DNA of 64,000 nucleotides from Octopus vulgaris (taxonomy: Eukaryota): NCBI GenBank assembly GCA_951406725.2, contig OX597832.1, positions 52,638,001-52,702,000 on the forward strand, written 5' to 3'. The number at the start of each line of letters is the position of its first letter. Positions within the stretch are counted from its first letter, which is position 1. The position numbers were made by a program, and so were the translations under genes. The notes beneath the pieces were generated by a model, which was not told the DNA's origin, did not search any database, and worked only from the letters and a program-made list of their open reading frames with translations. Below, in pieces: positions 12,065 to 25,770 of this stretch.

Positions 12065-14472
12065 TTAACGTTTGTTATTTGGAATAATTAAAGAAGCCCA
12101 TTAAATTAATACCAGAGCTAATTTTCTTGCCAATCTCATAAATCAAGCAATAATTAAGTTTTAAGCATATTTTTCCCCCGCTTTTTTTATAATCCCAAAT
12201 ATATTCTGAGACAAAACACAGATTTATTTTAATCTTAGAATTTTAAACATTGCAAAATATCTTTTGCTTTTGTTGAAGATAAATTTTATTTCCATATATA
12301 AGGGTTTATTAACCATTTATTGAAGATATCTTGTAGTAAATTCATATATCTCTCGACAAAATTTATAAAAGAACATAAAATATTCCAAGATTGTGATGAA
12401 ACAGAATATAAGAGAAACTGCAAATAAATATAGGGATAATTAAAATTTCTTGGAAAATATCACTTAAGGAATAATTATGAGAAAATTACCTTTAGAGGAA
12501 AATTCTTATTTATATATATAAATATGTTTATATTTAAATTTTTAAACATCAGAAAATTTCTTCATGTTTTCAAACTTATTAATGAACATTTTTAGATTAC
12601 AGAAATGCTCAAAAAATCTGCAGGTGAAAGTTGCAACAGAACAGGATACATCCATTCAGTCAGTGGTTCTTTTTAAGTCCATTTTTTCAAGCTAGCTTAT
12701 GGTTTAGATGAATATATAATGGCATTTATTTGTGTGTGTGTGCATATGTGTACTATTGTATATACATGTGTGTATGCACATATATTTGTATTATGTATAT
12801 GTATACACACACACACACACATATATACCAAGAGTACTAAATGGTAAGGTATATTTCATAGTCTTTTCTAATTTGTTTTTTTTTTCTTTCTTTATTACAA
12901 AGAATATAGCTAACTTTGCATTTTAGACAGGTTATTCAAAACAAGATATTTCTAACCTGTATTTTTTTACTACAAAATTCTAATTTAGAAGATATAATGA
13001 AGTCTGTACTTCGTTGAAGAAATCAGATTAAAACCAAAAAAAAAAATATGTCTACAGTTGTCTCCCTTACGTCCTGGAAAACGAAAATAACGTTAATCAC
13101 AGTCTAAAGTTTTTTTCCGCTTTCTATATTTATTTCTGGTTATTATTGGTCTTTTAAAGATATTAGCAATTACTCTGCCTGCTTGGCTGAAAAATGTCAT
13201 CTTTCTGTATGGTAATTTAGTCATTGCTATGAGCAAGTTGTGTAGTGTTTTTTGTTTCAAGTCCATTCTTCACAATTTAGTATAAAACAATGTTTTTCTC
13301 TTTCTGATGATCCAATCAAAGTGAAGCTAATTGCTAAGTAATTTCGTTCACATTCGTCTTCAGTGTTTTTGGCTTCTTCATGTATAATGTACACATTATG
13401 GGTGAACACAAGCAAAATTCAATATCATTAGCAATTAGCACTTGGACTGCTTTGAAAGGATTATTGACTTGTTCACTATTTCTTTCATCTGTTATAAGAA
13501 AGGAAATGAGAGAATAACAAAGGGATGATGTAAGTACAGAAGATCAGTTAAGCATTGAAACCTTGTGTGTAAATGAAAATGGTGATGAAAGATGAAGCCT
13601 GTATGAGCTAAAAACTCACCTAAATTTTCGATGATATTTTTGTTTACACAGTTTTTTTCTTTGTTTTAAACATAGATAAATATATGTAGTGTGCTTCAGG
13701 AAAACTATTACTGGGGAGACAATCTCTTTTTGATTCAGTTAAATTGAGGTGGATTTTAAAAGTTTGGAATTTATATAAAAAAGTAAAAAAGAAGGTGTAT
13801 ACAGCGTACACATTTTTTTCTGCGTATTATAAAGTTCTTAAAGTTTCTATTTGTTGGTAGCCATGTGTAGCACCATTTCATCTTTCTCTGAACTCATCAG
13901 CATGGCTTAACTTAAGACAAAAAAATTAAACTGAATTCAACATTTCACAAGGTTAAACATATAGTTTTCTTAGAGACCTGAAGTACCTGAAATTTAAAAC
14001 CATTATTATTATTTTTATCATAATCGGCATCAGGAAGACTGGCTGAGGTGATAAATGCTGTGTTGTGTTATTTAGTTATACATTGTTACATAGTGAGTTC
14101 AAATACTACCAGGGGCTTCTTGGTTGTTCATCACTCTGGGGTTAATGAAATAAATACCAGTAAAACACAGGGGTAAATTTAATTTGTGACTGTGTAGCAA
14201 TGTTGTAAATCTATAGTGTTAGGTGATAGATAGCAAAATCAATGGATCACTAGACAAAATGTCTAGTAACCATTATTCTGTTGTTTATGGCCTTGGTTCA
14301 AATCCTGTTGGAGTCAACATCATAAGTAGCAAGGAAATAGTGGGGCAGAAATCATTCTTGTTATATTCTTGAAAAAAGATACATCATCACCATTTTAAGT
14401 GTTTATATTGGTATATACATATAATTATATATCAGAATATACATTTTTTATATATCAGTATACATACATTGT

Positions 14473-14537
<65 letters not shown>

Positions 14538-15357
14538 AGTACATAAATTATCATATATCAGTATATGCACTCTGTTGTTTTTCTAGTTGATTGTTTATTG
14601 GGTGAATTGCTCTCCCAACATCAAATACGATATAAGTATTATACAATATAGATATAATAATATACAGTAGAATATAAATATAGTGTAAATATGCTATAAA
14701 TATTGAACAACATAAATATAATATAGTACATTATAAATACAGTATAAATACAATATACATTTTATACAATATAGTTATAATATTTACATACAGAATTATA
14801 TAAATATAGTATAATTACAATTTACATATTATATAATAATATAAATACAATATAAATATACAATATAAATATACTACAATATAAATCTGATATTCTAAAA
14901 TGCTGACAGTATCTTTTATCTAGTTTGAAGCTTTTACCGTTTGCTTTTTTATTGAATCATATAATCTTTAGTGAAGTTAATTGGTCAATCTTTTTGACTT
15001 TGTGGTGCATAGGAGATTGAATATTAAACGACTATTGGCACATTAGTGTTTAAATAAATACAACTTCTTGGTTAAAACCAGAACATAACAAAAATAAAGT
15101 AAACATTCATTTGGTGTGTTTTCTTAATCATACAAAATTATGAAATTATGAAATATATGTTTTTCCAAGACACTCAAGTATTAATAAAGGGTTTTCTAAA
15201 GTCTTAAATTTATATTTTTTACAAATCCATGGTTCACCTAGGCACACATACGCACACCCTTCTGCGGTGCACAATTTGAAAACTTCTGGGTTATGGTCAG
15301 TGCCAAAATAACTGGAATGTTTGTCATTGAGGTTGTATTGAGACAAGCTATATATAC

Positions 15358-15415
<58 letters not shown>

Positions 15416-18089
15416 GCAAGATATGTTAGTATATATTACTAAAACAGAGGCATTCTTCCTAGTTGCTACTACTAGGGACATAAAACCTTTTAAATATATA
15501 TAATTTGTACAACTACTGTTTTTATGATTAAAAAAAAACATTTTTTTTTAAATATCCACTGCCATCAGTCTTCATAGAAGTCTTTGCCATTTATATGCTA
15601 ACTTGGATCTAGATATTCGAGAATTATTTTACTCTGATATGAGGCTACGTAGTGTGGTTATCAAAAATTATTACTTATTAAAATACAGTTTTGAAGAATT
15701 ATTATCAGGGCTGGAATTGCATTGCCCCCTCCCACTCAAAGCTTTATTACAGGACAAGCTATCACTAAAAGCTTTAAATAATCATTCCATTTCATATTAC
15801 TTTTGTGCTGTTTGAGGGATGAAGCTTTACAGTAGAATAAACATGTTTTTGGGGGGTTTTTTTAAGGAGAGAAAGAGGGGTAACCTGACTTGCCAATCTG
15901 CTCTCAGCAGTTTAACTCTTTAGCATGCAAGTTACTCTGTCGAATGTAATGCTTATTGATTCACATTGTTTTGAATTAATCATGCAGAATCGTGAAGCTT
16001 TGAAATTTTGATAAAGTGGCCGTTTATTTTTAAAATGACATTGTAGGGTAGGTGTGTGAGGCTGAATCTGGCCAGTTTGAACATAAAACAAGGTAGAATA
16101 TTTGGGTCTGTTGTGGCTGGTTTAAATGCTAAAGGGTTAATTTCTAGAATTTAATCATCCAATATTTTGAAATATTTTGTGTTTAAGATTTTGTCATTAG
16201 TGTTTTAAGAAAATAAATATATTTTCGTGATGAAATTATATACGTACACACCACACACATATATATTAAAAAAAAAAAGAGTAAAAATGAAATTTTCAAT
16301 TATTTTTTTGGTTTATATTTTCTCAATTTTCTAAACATTGTATTTCTTAAAACAAAGTATTTTTAGTAAATTACAAAATCTGTGTGAAATAAAACAACAA
16401 AAATAATCAATACCTAGAACTTTCCAGCAATAATCAGAAAATATGTTCTCCCAGCACCTCCCTGATTTTTACTGTCGGGGATTTCATTTTTTTTTTAATT
16501 ATACATTTTTTTGTTGTTTGTTTGTTTTTTCTTTTTTTTTTAATTGCTGTATGTATGTGTGTATATACATATGTATTACAGTATCACAGTATCAGCCATA
16601 CTATTGGATGTTGCTGTACATCGCTGGTCAGAATGCGCTTCGCATTGTTTTAGCTTTCGAATGATGCCACCCTGCTCGTTAAACGAGCAGGCCAATGTAC
16701 ATACCTACATGTATGTATGTATATATGTATGTGTGTATGTATATATATATATGTATATAAGTATATATGTATGTATGTAAATATGTATGTATATATGTAT
16801 GTATGTATGTATATAGGTATGTATGTATGTGTATATGTATGTGTGTATGTATATATATATGTAAGTATATATGTATGTATGTATGTATATATATGTATAT
16901 AAGTATATATGTATATATGTAAATATGTATGTATATATGTATGTATGTATATATGTATGTGTGTATGTATATATATATATGTAAGTATATATGTATGTAT
17001 GTAAATATGTATGTATATATGTATGTATATATGTATGTATTATAGAATTATTGGGTATGGTGAAAGCTGGCATCTATTTATAACAGTTACGACTATGGTT
17101 GTCGCACTATCAGGTGAATATATAATATATATGCATGGGTGTGAGCATGAAACAGTGTGGTGTTACCTGTAAGATATCTATCAAATATTGTAGTCATATT
17201 TGTTATTATTAGTTTAATATATATTCTTGTTTTACTTCTTATACAACTCTGTTGACACCTGTGTGGTTTCATTATTGTTATTACTATTCTTAAGGCGGCG
17301 AACTGGCAGAAACGTTAGCACGCCAGGCAAAATGCTTAGCAGCATTTCGCCTGTCTTTACGTTCTGGGTTCAAATTCTGCTGAGGTCGACTTTGCCTGTC
17401 ATCCTTTAGGGGACCTGCAAGAGAAGTTCTAGTTGAGCACTGGAGTTAATGTAACCGACTATTTCCCTACCCTGAACTTGCTGGCCTTGTGCCAAAATTT
17501 GAAATCATTATTATTATTATTAAGGCAAAGAGCTGGCAGAATCGTTAGCACACCAGGCAAAATGCTTATCAGCATTTCATCTGTCTTTACGTTCTGAGTT
17601 CAAATTCTGCCGAGGTTGACTTAGCCTTTCATCCTTTCGGAATTGATAAAATAAGTACCAGTTGAGCACTGGGGTCGATGTAATCGTCTTATTCCCCGAC
17701 CTTCCAAAAATTGCTGGCCTTGTGCCAAAATGTGAAACCAATATTAGAGATCTCAATCTCCATTCACTGCTGAGTTAACGACTTTATTACATCATTCACA
17801 ACCATACAGACTATGTACATCTTAGCTAGCAATACTTCTTCAGTCCAACCTACAAACATCTACACTGAAAGAATGTCCTTCAAAGTCTATTAAACTCACA
17901 AAAAAAATTTACAAAAAATAAGGTTGTTGGAGGAATCTAAAAACAATAGAAAAAAAAAGTCTGACTTACATGTGAATATGGGATATTAACCCTAATGTTT
18001 GTTGTTATATGATTTTAATTTATATTTAAAAGAAAAAAAATTGTTGTAAAAATTTCTGAACCTCTCTTCCTCTCTTTGTGTATGTGAGT

Positions 18090-18179
18090 ATGCATGTATG
18101 TATGTGTATATGTATACATAAATATATATGTATACTTGTACATATATATGAATACATGTATTTATATATATATATATGT

Positions 18180-18235
<56 letters not shown>

Positions 18236-18291
18236 ACACACACATATATATATAAAATAAATCTCTGAACGAGATATATATATATATTTAC

Positions 18292-18373
<82 letters not shown>

Positions 18374-18394
18374 GTATATATATGTATATATATG

Positions 18395-18432
<38 letters not shown>

Positions 18433-18486
18433 TCTACATTCATGTATATGTATGTATATATATATATATCTACATTCATGTATATG

Positions 18487-18517
<31 letters not shown>

Positions 18518-18859
18518 CTATATTCATGTATATGTGTATATATATATATATATATTTATATTCATATATATATATATTTATATTCATATATATATTTATA
18601 TATATATATTTATATTTATATTCATATATATATTTATATATATATATGTTTATATATATATATTATATTTATATATATTTATATATATTTATATTTTTAT
18701 TTATATAAGTATATCTATATTTATATATTTATATCTATATTTATATATTTATATATATATTTATTTATATATATATATATATATTAGATTTATATATATA
18801 TATTTATATATATATTTAGATTTATATATATTTATATATATATATATATATTTATTTAT

Positions 18860-18901
<42 letters not shown>

Positions 18902-18912
18902 TTATATACATA

Positions 18913-18950
<38 letters not shown>
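18090..18950. repeat. Compound (TA)n/(TG)n/(TATG)n microsatellite field (similar field at 16705-17040)
   Basis: Direct inspection; explains the YIYI/CVCV ORFs. Confidence 0.95.
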
Positions 18951-18951
<1 letters not shown>

Positions 18952-20162
18952 TTTTACACAAATATCTTGGCAGTGACTTCAAGATGTCAGCCTGCTTAGT
19001 CTTCATCAGGTTGTCCAATGAGAGAGAGTGAGATAGAAAGAGAGAGAGAGAGAAATGAGTTTAATTTATTAATATCTCTATCCATTGTGTGTTATGTTGA
19101 AGTTATTTCTGTGTAGTATCATGTGGTGGAATACTTGTGAAGTAGCACTACTGGAACGACATTTGCTCCAGCAAAAAAAAAAAATTAATAATAATAATAA
19201 TACAATGTGAAGAAACCCTCACCTTCCACACTGTATGCCAAAACAAATGGTGTGGCTAATTTTAAGGTGCAGACTATTTTTCCTCAGGAGTCCCCTTGGT
19301 CTATGTTGCATGAACTCCTTGAAGTGAGGAAGTTCTGTCTACCACCTGCATTTTCAGATATTTCTGTCTGAAGCAACTGTTTCCCTAGTGACAATAATGA
19401 TTGCAAGTGCATGAAAACCATGCTTGCAGAAGTCTTTGAAACATAGCTTCTCTTGTTTTGGGGTATTTTTTTCCTATTTTCTTTTTTCTTTCTTTCTCCA
19501 GTTCTCCAGAGAGTAAATATTTTACAACACAACCATGCCATCCTCTCTTCAGGAAACAAGTTGAAGTCAATGTAAAGCTCATCTTTGTTTGATGAGTTTG
19601 TACCTGGCTGGAATATCATTCTTACTTGTTCCTCCAATAGAGAGAGTTTGGCCCTGTTCCCTAGCGATCAGGTCTTTGATGATATCTATTTTTTAACTCT
19701 GGATAGCATGGTTGCAGCCTTGCCAGTGTGTGTTGAATTTGCTCTCAGCCTAGAGATTGTTATAAATTGCAGTAAACACAAAATCAAGAACAGTCTTCAT
19801 TTCAAATAAGGAATTGATCTTAGTCAAGTGAAAATAGATTCCGCTGAGTCAAGCTGCAGCTAAAGACATTTATCTTGACTACCTTCATTAAGATTATATT
19901 CTTTGTTTAATCAAATCAGAGATATTAATATAGTCATGCGTGAATGATCGGGTTTCTTATATTAGTTTTAATGAAATGTTAATCCAAGCCTTGCCTTTTC
20001 AGACAATACGAGATACAAGATCATGTGAGCCTTCTCCAAATTATGCCACATCATTTCTTTTTTTTTAATTTCTTTTTTTTTTTTTATATATATATATATT
20101 GTTCATTCAAACTATCTTTTGATACATATGAGATGACCGGTATTTTTACTTTATATGTACAA

Positions 20163-20168
20163 AATAAA
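20163..20168 (+). promoter_or_regulatory. Candidate distal polyadenylation signal of the kazrin-like gene
   Basis: TGTAC-A-AATAAA preceded by T-rich and TGTA elements and followed by T/GT-rich sequence; many other AATAAA hexamers occur, so the assignment is tentative. Confidence 0.3.
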
Positions 20169-20624
20169 TTTTTTAATGATGCTGTTTAAAGTCTGTATTA
20201 TTCAATATGTATATATGGGATCAAAGTTACATTTTGTAAAACATTTCTGACAGTGTAATAAAATACTGAACTGACTATGTATGACTTTGTTTATTGTTAT
20301 TTTCATCATTTACAAATACCATTTTTGTAATATCTTATTTGTGACCTTAACTCTTTCATTACTGTATTTATTTTGAGATGCTCTGTGTTTCTTTCAATTG
20401 CTTTAAATATAACAAAGAATTTAGTCAGATAACTTTGTTATCATTAAGCTAGTGTTAAGAACATAAATTGTGACTAAGGTTTGGTGGAAGATTTTAATTA
20501 AAAACTTATGAAAACAAGACATTTATACAACAGAGCCAGAGCCGGTTTCAGCCGGGTTGGTAACGAAAGGGTTAACATAAAAATATACCTCATTAATGTG
20601 GCCAACTGTTTATATTTCTTGTTA

Positions 20625-21018
20625 GGCGCAGGCATGGCTGTGTGGTAAGTAGCTTGCTTACCAACCACATGGTTCTGGGTTCAGTCCCACTGCATGGCAC
20701 CTTGGGCAAGCGTCTTCTACTATAGCCTCGGCCCGACCAAAGCCTTATGAGTGGATTTGGTGGGCGGAAACTGAAAGAAGCCCATTGTATATATGTAGTG
20801 TGTGTGTATATGTTTGTGTGTCTGTGTTTGTCCCCCCAACATCGCTTGACAACCGATGGTGGTGTGTTTGCGTCCCCCGTAACTTAGCGGTTCGGCAAAA
20901 GAGATCGATAGAATAAGTACTAGGCTTACAAAGAATGAGTCCTGGGGTCGATTTGCTCGACTAAAGGTGGTGCTCCAGCATGGCCACAGTCAAAATGACT
21001 GAAACAAGTAAAAGAGTA
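20625..21018 (+). mobile_element. tRNA-derived SINE family B with internal (TA)/(TG) tract (copies e.g. 4970-5395+, 9728-10185-, 24380-24773-, 26685-27074+, 28953-29690-, 33035-33432-, 38018-38465+, 47265-47717+, 50248-50672+, 54465-54905-, 60910-61328-, 61930-62332-)
   Basis: TGGCTGTGTGGTAAG..GGTTCAGTCCC head, ACCTTGGGCAAG core, tail CCAGCATGGCCGCAGTCAAATGACTGAAACAAG(TAAAAGAG)n. Confidence 0.88.
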
Positions 21019-21504
21019 ACAAATCTGAATTTCATTATTATTCTTAGTTATTTATCTGAGTCTCACTGAAGTTGGTGTACATCTGACTTAGTTTCATATA
21101 ATAATGCTGGGAACAACTTAATTTATACCTATTAAGGTGGAAAAACACACATACATAAATGTGTGTAAAATGGGTGAGTAAAACAGTTGACAACTGATGA
21201 GTGAGTTATCTTCTTTTAGTAATTTGTCTTGTACTTGTCTCTCATGTGTTTATGTATTTTTCACTCGTTGGTGATGTCCTGTATTTAATGTGTATCTTTA
21301 TATATATATATATATATGTGTGTGTATGTGTGAGTGAGTGGACAAACAAAAGGAAGCGGTATTCAACACATTTAGAAGGAGTTACATAAATTATTACTTA
21401 AAACATTAGCCCCATGTAAGTTTTGTAGGTCTGTCACAGGAACCTATATACATACATATATATATATACATAAATATATATACACACATAGGGACCTACA
21501 AAAC

Positions 21505-21540
21505 TGTCTGACGAACGGGAACGTGAAACTTCGAGTAACA
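21505..21540 (+). ncRNA. Minimal type I hammerhead ribozyme motif (canonical core)
   Basis: TGT-CTGACGA-ACG-ggaa-CGT-GAAA-CT-tcg-AG-T-A-ACA; GUA cleavage triplet; lies in a short unit bounded by (TA)n. Confidence 0.7.
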
Positions 21541-21617
21541 ACTTTTGTTATATTTCTGCTGCTTTTAAATAAAGCATTCTTTTTTCCACCTTGTTTCACA
21601 TTTATGTGCTTACTCCG

Positions 21618-21660
<43 letters not shown>

Positions 21661-21882
21661 CTAATAATATTAGGGAATATAACAACAAACTTACAGGGAA
21701 AAATTCAATTTAGTATTAAATCAAATTTCACAATATAAATTAGAGAAAACCCACTATTATGTAATTCAAACAAAGATAGGCATAAACCAAATCATAAAGA
21801 AAAAATAAAATATATTATAAAACATATAACTAGATCACAAAAAGTACAAAAAAATGAATAAACAATATGTAATAAGTAAAAA

Positions 21883-21984
21883 AACTACGTACGTTTCGTG
21901 GCTATAACTTCAATTCGAATTACAATTAAATTTTAATTTAATCGAAAAACAATTCAGTTTAAAAGTATAGTCACTCCTCAGGTC
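21883..21984 (-). ncRNA. Type I hammerhead ribozyme motif with long stem II
   Basis: Minus strand GAC-CTGAGGA-GTGACTATA...TATAGCCAC-GAAA-CGTACG-T-A-GTT; palindromic stem III ACGTACGT. Confidence 0.65.
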
Positions 21985-22184
21985 AACAATAATAACAATA
22001 ATAGTTAAATAAATAATCAAATAGAATTAAACAATATTTCTTAAAGAAATAAAATCATGATTCTTCTTATAGAAGAAACTCTGTTAACAAAATTTGAAAC
22101 TTAAAAAAGCCTGAACGATGCAAAATAAATGCAAGGCAAATCACAAGAAAACAAATATATGAATTAATGTAGACTTACTTTGTA

Positions 22185-22220
22185 TTCGATATTTCAGGGT
22201 TATGACCCCATTTTCAAGAA
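22185..22220 (-). ncRNA. Minimal hammerhead-like motif, U3-A8 core variant
   Basis: Minus strand TTC-TTGAAAA-T-GGGGT-cata-ACCCT-GAAA-TA-T-C-GAA. Confidence 0.45.
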
Positions 22221-22483
22221 ATTAATATTGCCCTCCTTTTCAGTGTGTGTCTTTGTGTCTGTGTTTATCCTTCACCACTCATTGACAACTGGTGTTGGTG
22301 TGTTTACATCCCAGTAACTTAGTGTTTCAGCAAATGAGACCAACAGAATAAGTACTAGGCTTTCAAAAATAAGTACTGGGGTTGATTCATCTGACTAGAA
22401 AAAAAAATCAAGGCAATGACTGAAACAAACAAGTAAAAGATACACTTATTTATCATAAGCATATACCTTAGCCCTCACATGTA

Positions 22484-24179
22484 TTGGGTCATCCCATAAA
22501 TAATACGGTTTTTTCAATTGCATGAACTGAAAGTCAGAGAGGGATGGGATAAACTACCTGCATCAACTTCCTATGAAAGCAGGTAGTAATTTTACCTTGT
22601 ACTTATTCTTAGTGCAAGGTTTAAAGAGTGCGGTTATTTTAATAGTTATTTTTTCAATGCTATAATGGAAGTGACAAAAGAGCATATTCAGCATATTTTG
22701 CTTTATGAGTTCAATAAAGGCAACAATGCAAAGAAAAATGAGAGGAATATTAATGTAGTATAAAGGGATTGGATAATAAGTGTTAGCCAGAGTCAACGGT
22801 GGTTCCAGAAATTCCAAGCTGAAAACTACAGCCTAGAAGATGAGCCTCATTCTGGAAGATCTGTAGAGCTCAACGAGGATGTCCTGCAAACCCTGGTGGA
22901 ACAAAATCTCATCGTAACTGTTGAGGAACTAGCAGAGAAGCTTGGATTTGGTCAGTCAACCATTCATCGACACCTGCATGCCATCAGAAAAGTCAGCAAA
23001 TTAGGTCCAAGGATTCCTCACAAACTTTCTGAGTCTAATTGTGCACAGAGATTGAATGTGTGCTCTTCTTTGCTGACACATCTCACGAATGAACTTGTAG
23101 CGTAGAGTCGGGTGAAATTCCTCTCTCTCATTTATTATATATATATATATACACATTCAAATGTAACAGGGAACAGCTAGCTTTTGGCTGCTATTTGAAT
23201 CCCATTGTGTCCACTATTCTGACTGGTTGGTATTGGCACAATTTATCTCATACTCGACTGTGCCAACTTACCACATATAACCATTTGGAGTCTCTAAATA
23301 GGTTCACGTGGGACAACCTGTTGACTACCCTGTTTTGGCCTACAGCTCCTTATAAAAACTCAGCTTTTCCTCATTTTGAGGTCTTTTGGTTCCAGACCTT
23401 TTAAGGTCTAGCCACTGACCACAAGACACAGCTAGTTCCAACGACAACACCAGTCAACACCACTACAGTAGTCACATTGACATACTAACTTTGCATATTG
23501 GCGAGCGATAGAGCAAGAGACAAACTGCGCCAATACCAACCAATCATTGTAGTGGACACAACAGGGCCCAAAGGTTAGCTGTTATCTACTACGTCCATAT
23601 TTATGTATATACAACAGAGAGAGAGGAATTTCCCTCGAGCGTACACTACAAAGGTCTTCACCCATATAATGTGTTGTTATCTGTTTGGTGGAATATGAAA
23701 AATTTAGTCCCCTTTGAACTTCTAAACCCAAACCAAATAATAACAAAGAAGATATGTTGTAAGCAGCTTGAGTGGCTTAAGTCAGCGCTAGAAGAAAAAC
23801 GAGCATTTTTGGTTTCAAGACAATAATACTCAGCCACATGCTGTGAAGATGACATTCCGAAGGCTGGAGCAGTTTGAATGAGAAATGATGCACCATCTGC
23901 CATAATAGCAGGTCATTGCCCCATCTGATTATCATTTATTCCGCAGTCTTCAAAATCATTTGAATGGAAAAAATATAACTTCTGAAGATGAGGTCAGAAC
24001 AGTACTGGAGGACAAGTGAATTTTGGAGGAGGGGGCCTTGCAGGTCTACCAGATAGATGGAGGAGCATTGTAGAAATTGAAGGAGAGTATATTTTAGATT
24101 ACAAAAGGAACTTTGTTTATCTTAATTTTGAAAAATAAAAGAAGTATTAAAAAGTCACATTATTTATGGAATGACCCAA
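22484..24179 (+). mobile_element. Degenerate mariner transposon interrupted by a nested element
   Basis: TA-flanked TIRs TTGGGTCATCCCATAAATAAT / ATTATTTATGGAATGACCCAA; fragments TVEELAEKLG..STIHRHL...KLG..IPHKL and IAPSDYHLFRSLQNHL. Confidence 0.88.
23096..23650. mobile_element. Non-autonomous long-TIR element with TGTAG...CTACA termini
   Basis: TGTAGCGTAGAGTCGGGTGAAATTCCTCTCTCTC versus the reverse complement of the right end; inverted homology extends ~170 bp (TTGTGTCCACTA..TGGTTGGTATTGGC). Confidence 0.7.
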
Positions 24180-24576
24180 TATATCATTCAAATCTTGTTT
24201 GATAGTGAGTCAGCATTGCCTGACAGCTTTTGGCCAATTAAATTTTAGCATAAACACAGGTACCCCGGTCAAGACCAACAAGGTGTCTCTCGTATGCCAT
24301 TTAGAGACTGCAGTTGAAAAATACAGTTGTTGTATACTTCAGAAACTCAAGTTTTTGGATGATTGATGGGGATATTCCCTCTCTTTTACTCTTTTACTTG
24401 TTTCAGTCATTTGACTGTGGCCATGCTGGAGCACCATCTTTAATCGAGCAAATCGACCCTGGGACTTATTCTTTGTAAGCCCAGTACTTATTCTATCGGT
24501 CTCTTTTGCCGAAGTGACGGGTACGTAAACACACCAGCATCAGTTGTCAAGCAATGCTAGGGGGACAAACACAGAC

Positions 24577-24609
<33 letters not shown>

Positions 24610-24879
24610 CATATATATGACAGGCTTCTTTCAGTTTTCATCTACCAAATCCACTCACAAGGCATTGGTCAGCATGGGGCTATAGCAGAAGACACTTGCC
24701 CAAGATGACATGCATTGAGACTGAACCCGGAACCATGTGGTTGGTTAGCAAGCTACTTACCACACAGCCACTCATGGTCATGTTGCAACAACGACACTCA
24801 TTCTCGATAACCTACTGTCTTCTGCCAGAGTTTCTTTTGGAGAAAATGATGAAAATATCCATCCAATAAGGAGCAAGTG

Positions 24880-25746
24880 GGATCTATTTTGTGGTAGATA
24901 TTATACCCAGACATTAGCACTAAAAATGCAAAAAGAGGGCCTCACACTGCTACAAGTACAGAACCTCACAGAAGACTGGGTTGATGCCCCGTCTGTGGCC
25001 AACATTGGTGGTCTATTCTATCTGGATGAGCTTAGCAGAGAGCCAACTTTTGTTGGGGCCTGAGATGTTGCTGTTGTAGGACCCTTGACTTCACAGACCT
25101 TCATGGTTTGTCTTACTACCTAAATGCTGGTCGTTTCACTCGTCAGACTGAACTAAACCTGATCATTAAGTGGGTAAATATCCCTTCAGTTCTGGAGCCT
25201 GTGGGCTTATTCAGAAGAAATGGAAAGAGACCTGAAGGTATCACGCTTTGTCCCTAAGTTAGAGATAGGTACCTCATCTAGGGTTCCACAGTCAGTGACT
25301 GCTGTTGGAATGGGAGGGTCACTGCTTCCATTGCCGACTGGAACAAAATCCTAAAGTATTGGGACTTGTCGGTGAACCATTTCTTCCAGCATGAAGCGTT
25401 TGAGATGTTTTGAGAAGCTGGGCTGCTGTCAGCGAAGTTCTTGTCATCGCTAGTGGTTCACCTTACCAAAGTGTCAGGTAATGCCCGTGAAGGTGCTTTG
25501 CTATTCTAATACCTTAGCCACGCCATCGCCCGCGATAATACCGCGAGTGAGTTGGCTTGCTTCAATAAATTCCGTCGACTCTTATGGTGTGCGACCGAAT
25601 GATGCTCTTCGTGTTCAACTAATATTACCTTTTTTTTTCTTTTTTCGCTCGTCATTAAATTTCCTTTCGTTTTACTGTGGAATATTTATGTAATTAAGTA
25701 TGCTGTGACAATGAATTCATATTGTATGTAATTAAAATTAAAAAAA
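24880..25746 (+). mobile_element. Decayed CRE-clade (restriction-like endonuclease) non-LTR retrotransposon 3' end
   Basis: Reads LHGLS...AGRF...PSVLEPVGLFRRNGKRPEGITLCP*VRDRYLI*GSTVSD (cf. RxDGKRPDGxTLxPW..G..L.WD.TV.D); ends in an A-rich tail at ~25746. Confidence 0.7.
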
Positions 25747-25770
25747 CGTCCCAATAAACCGGAAACCGTA

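Noticed and set aside
18288-19031. Long YIYI/CVCV ORFs (also 16705-17073 and 46596-46978)
   Set aside because: Translations of microsatellites.
19284-19809. ORFs in unique sequence downstream of kazrin
   Set aside because: No recognisable domain or consistent splice signals; more likely 3' UTR.
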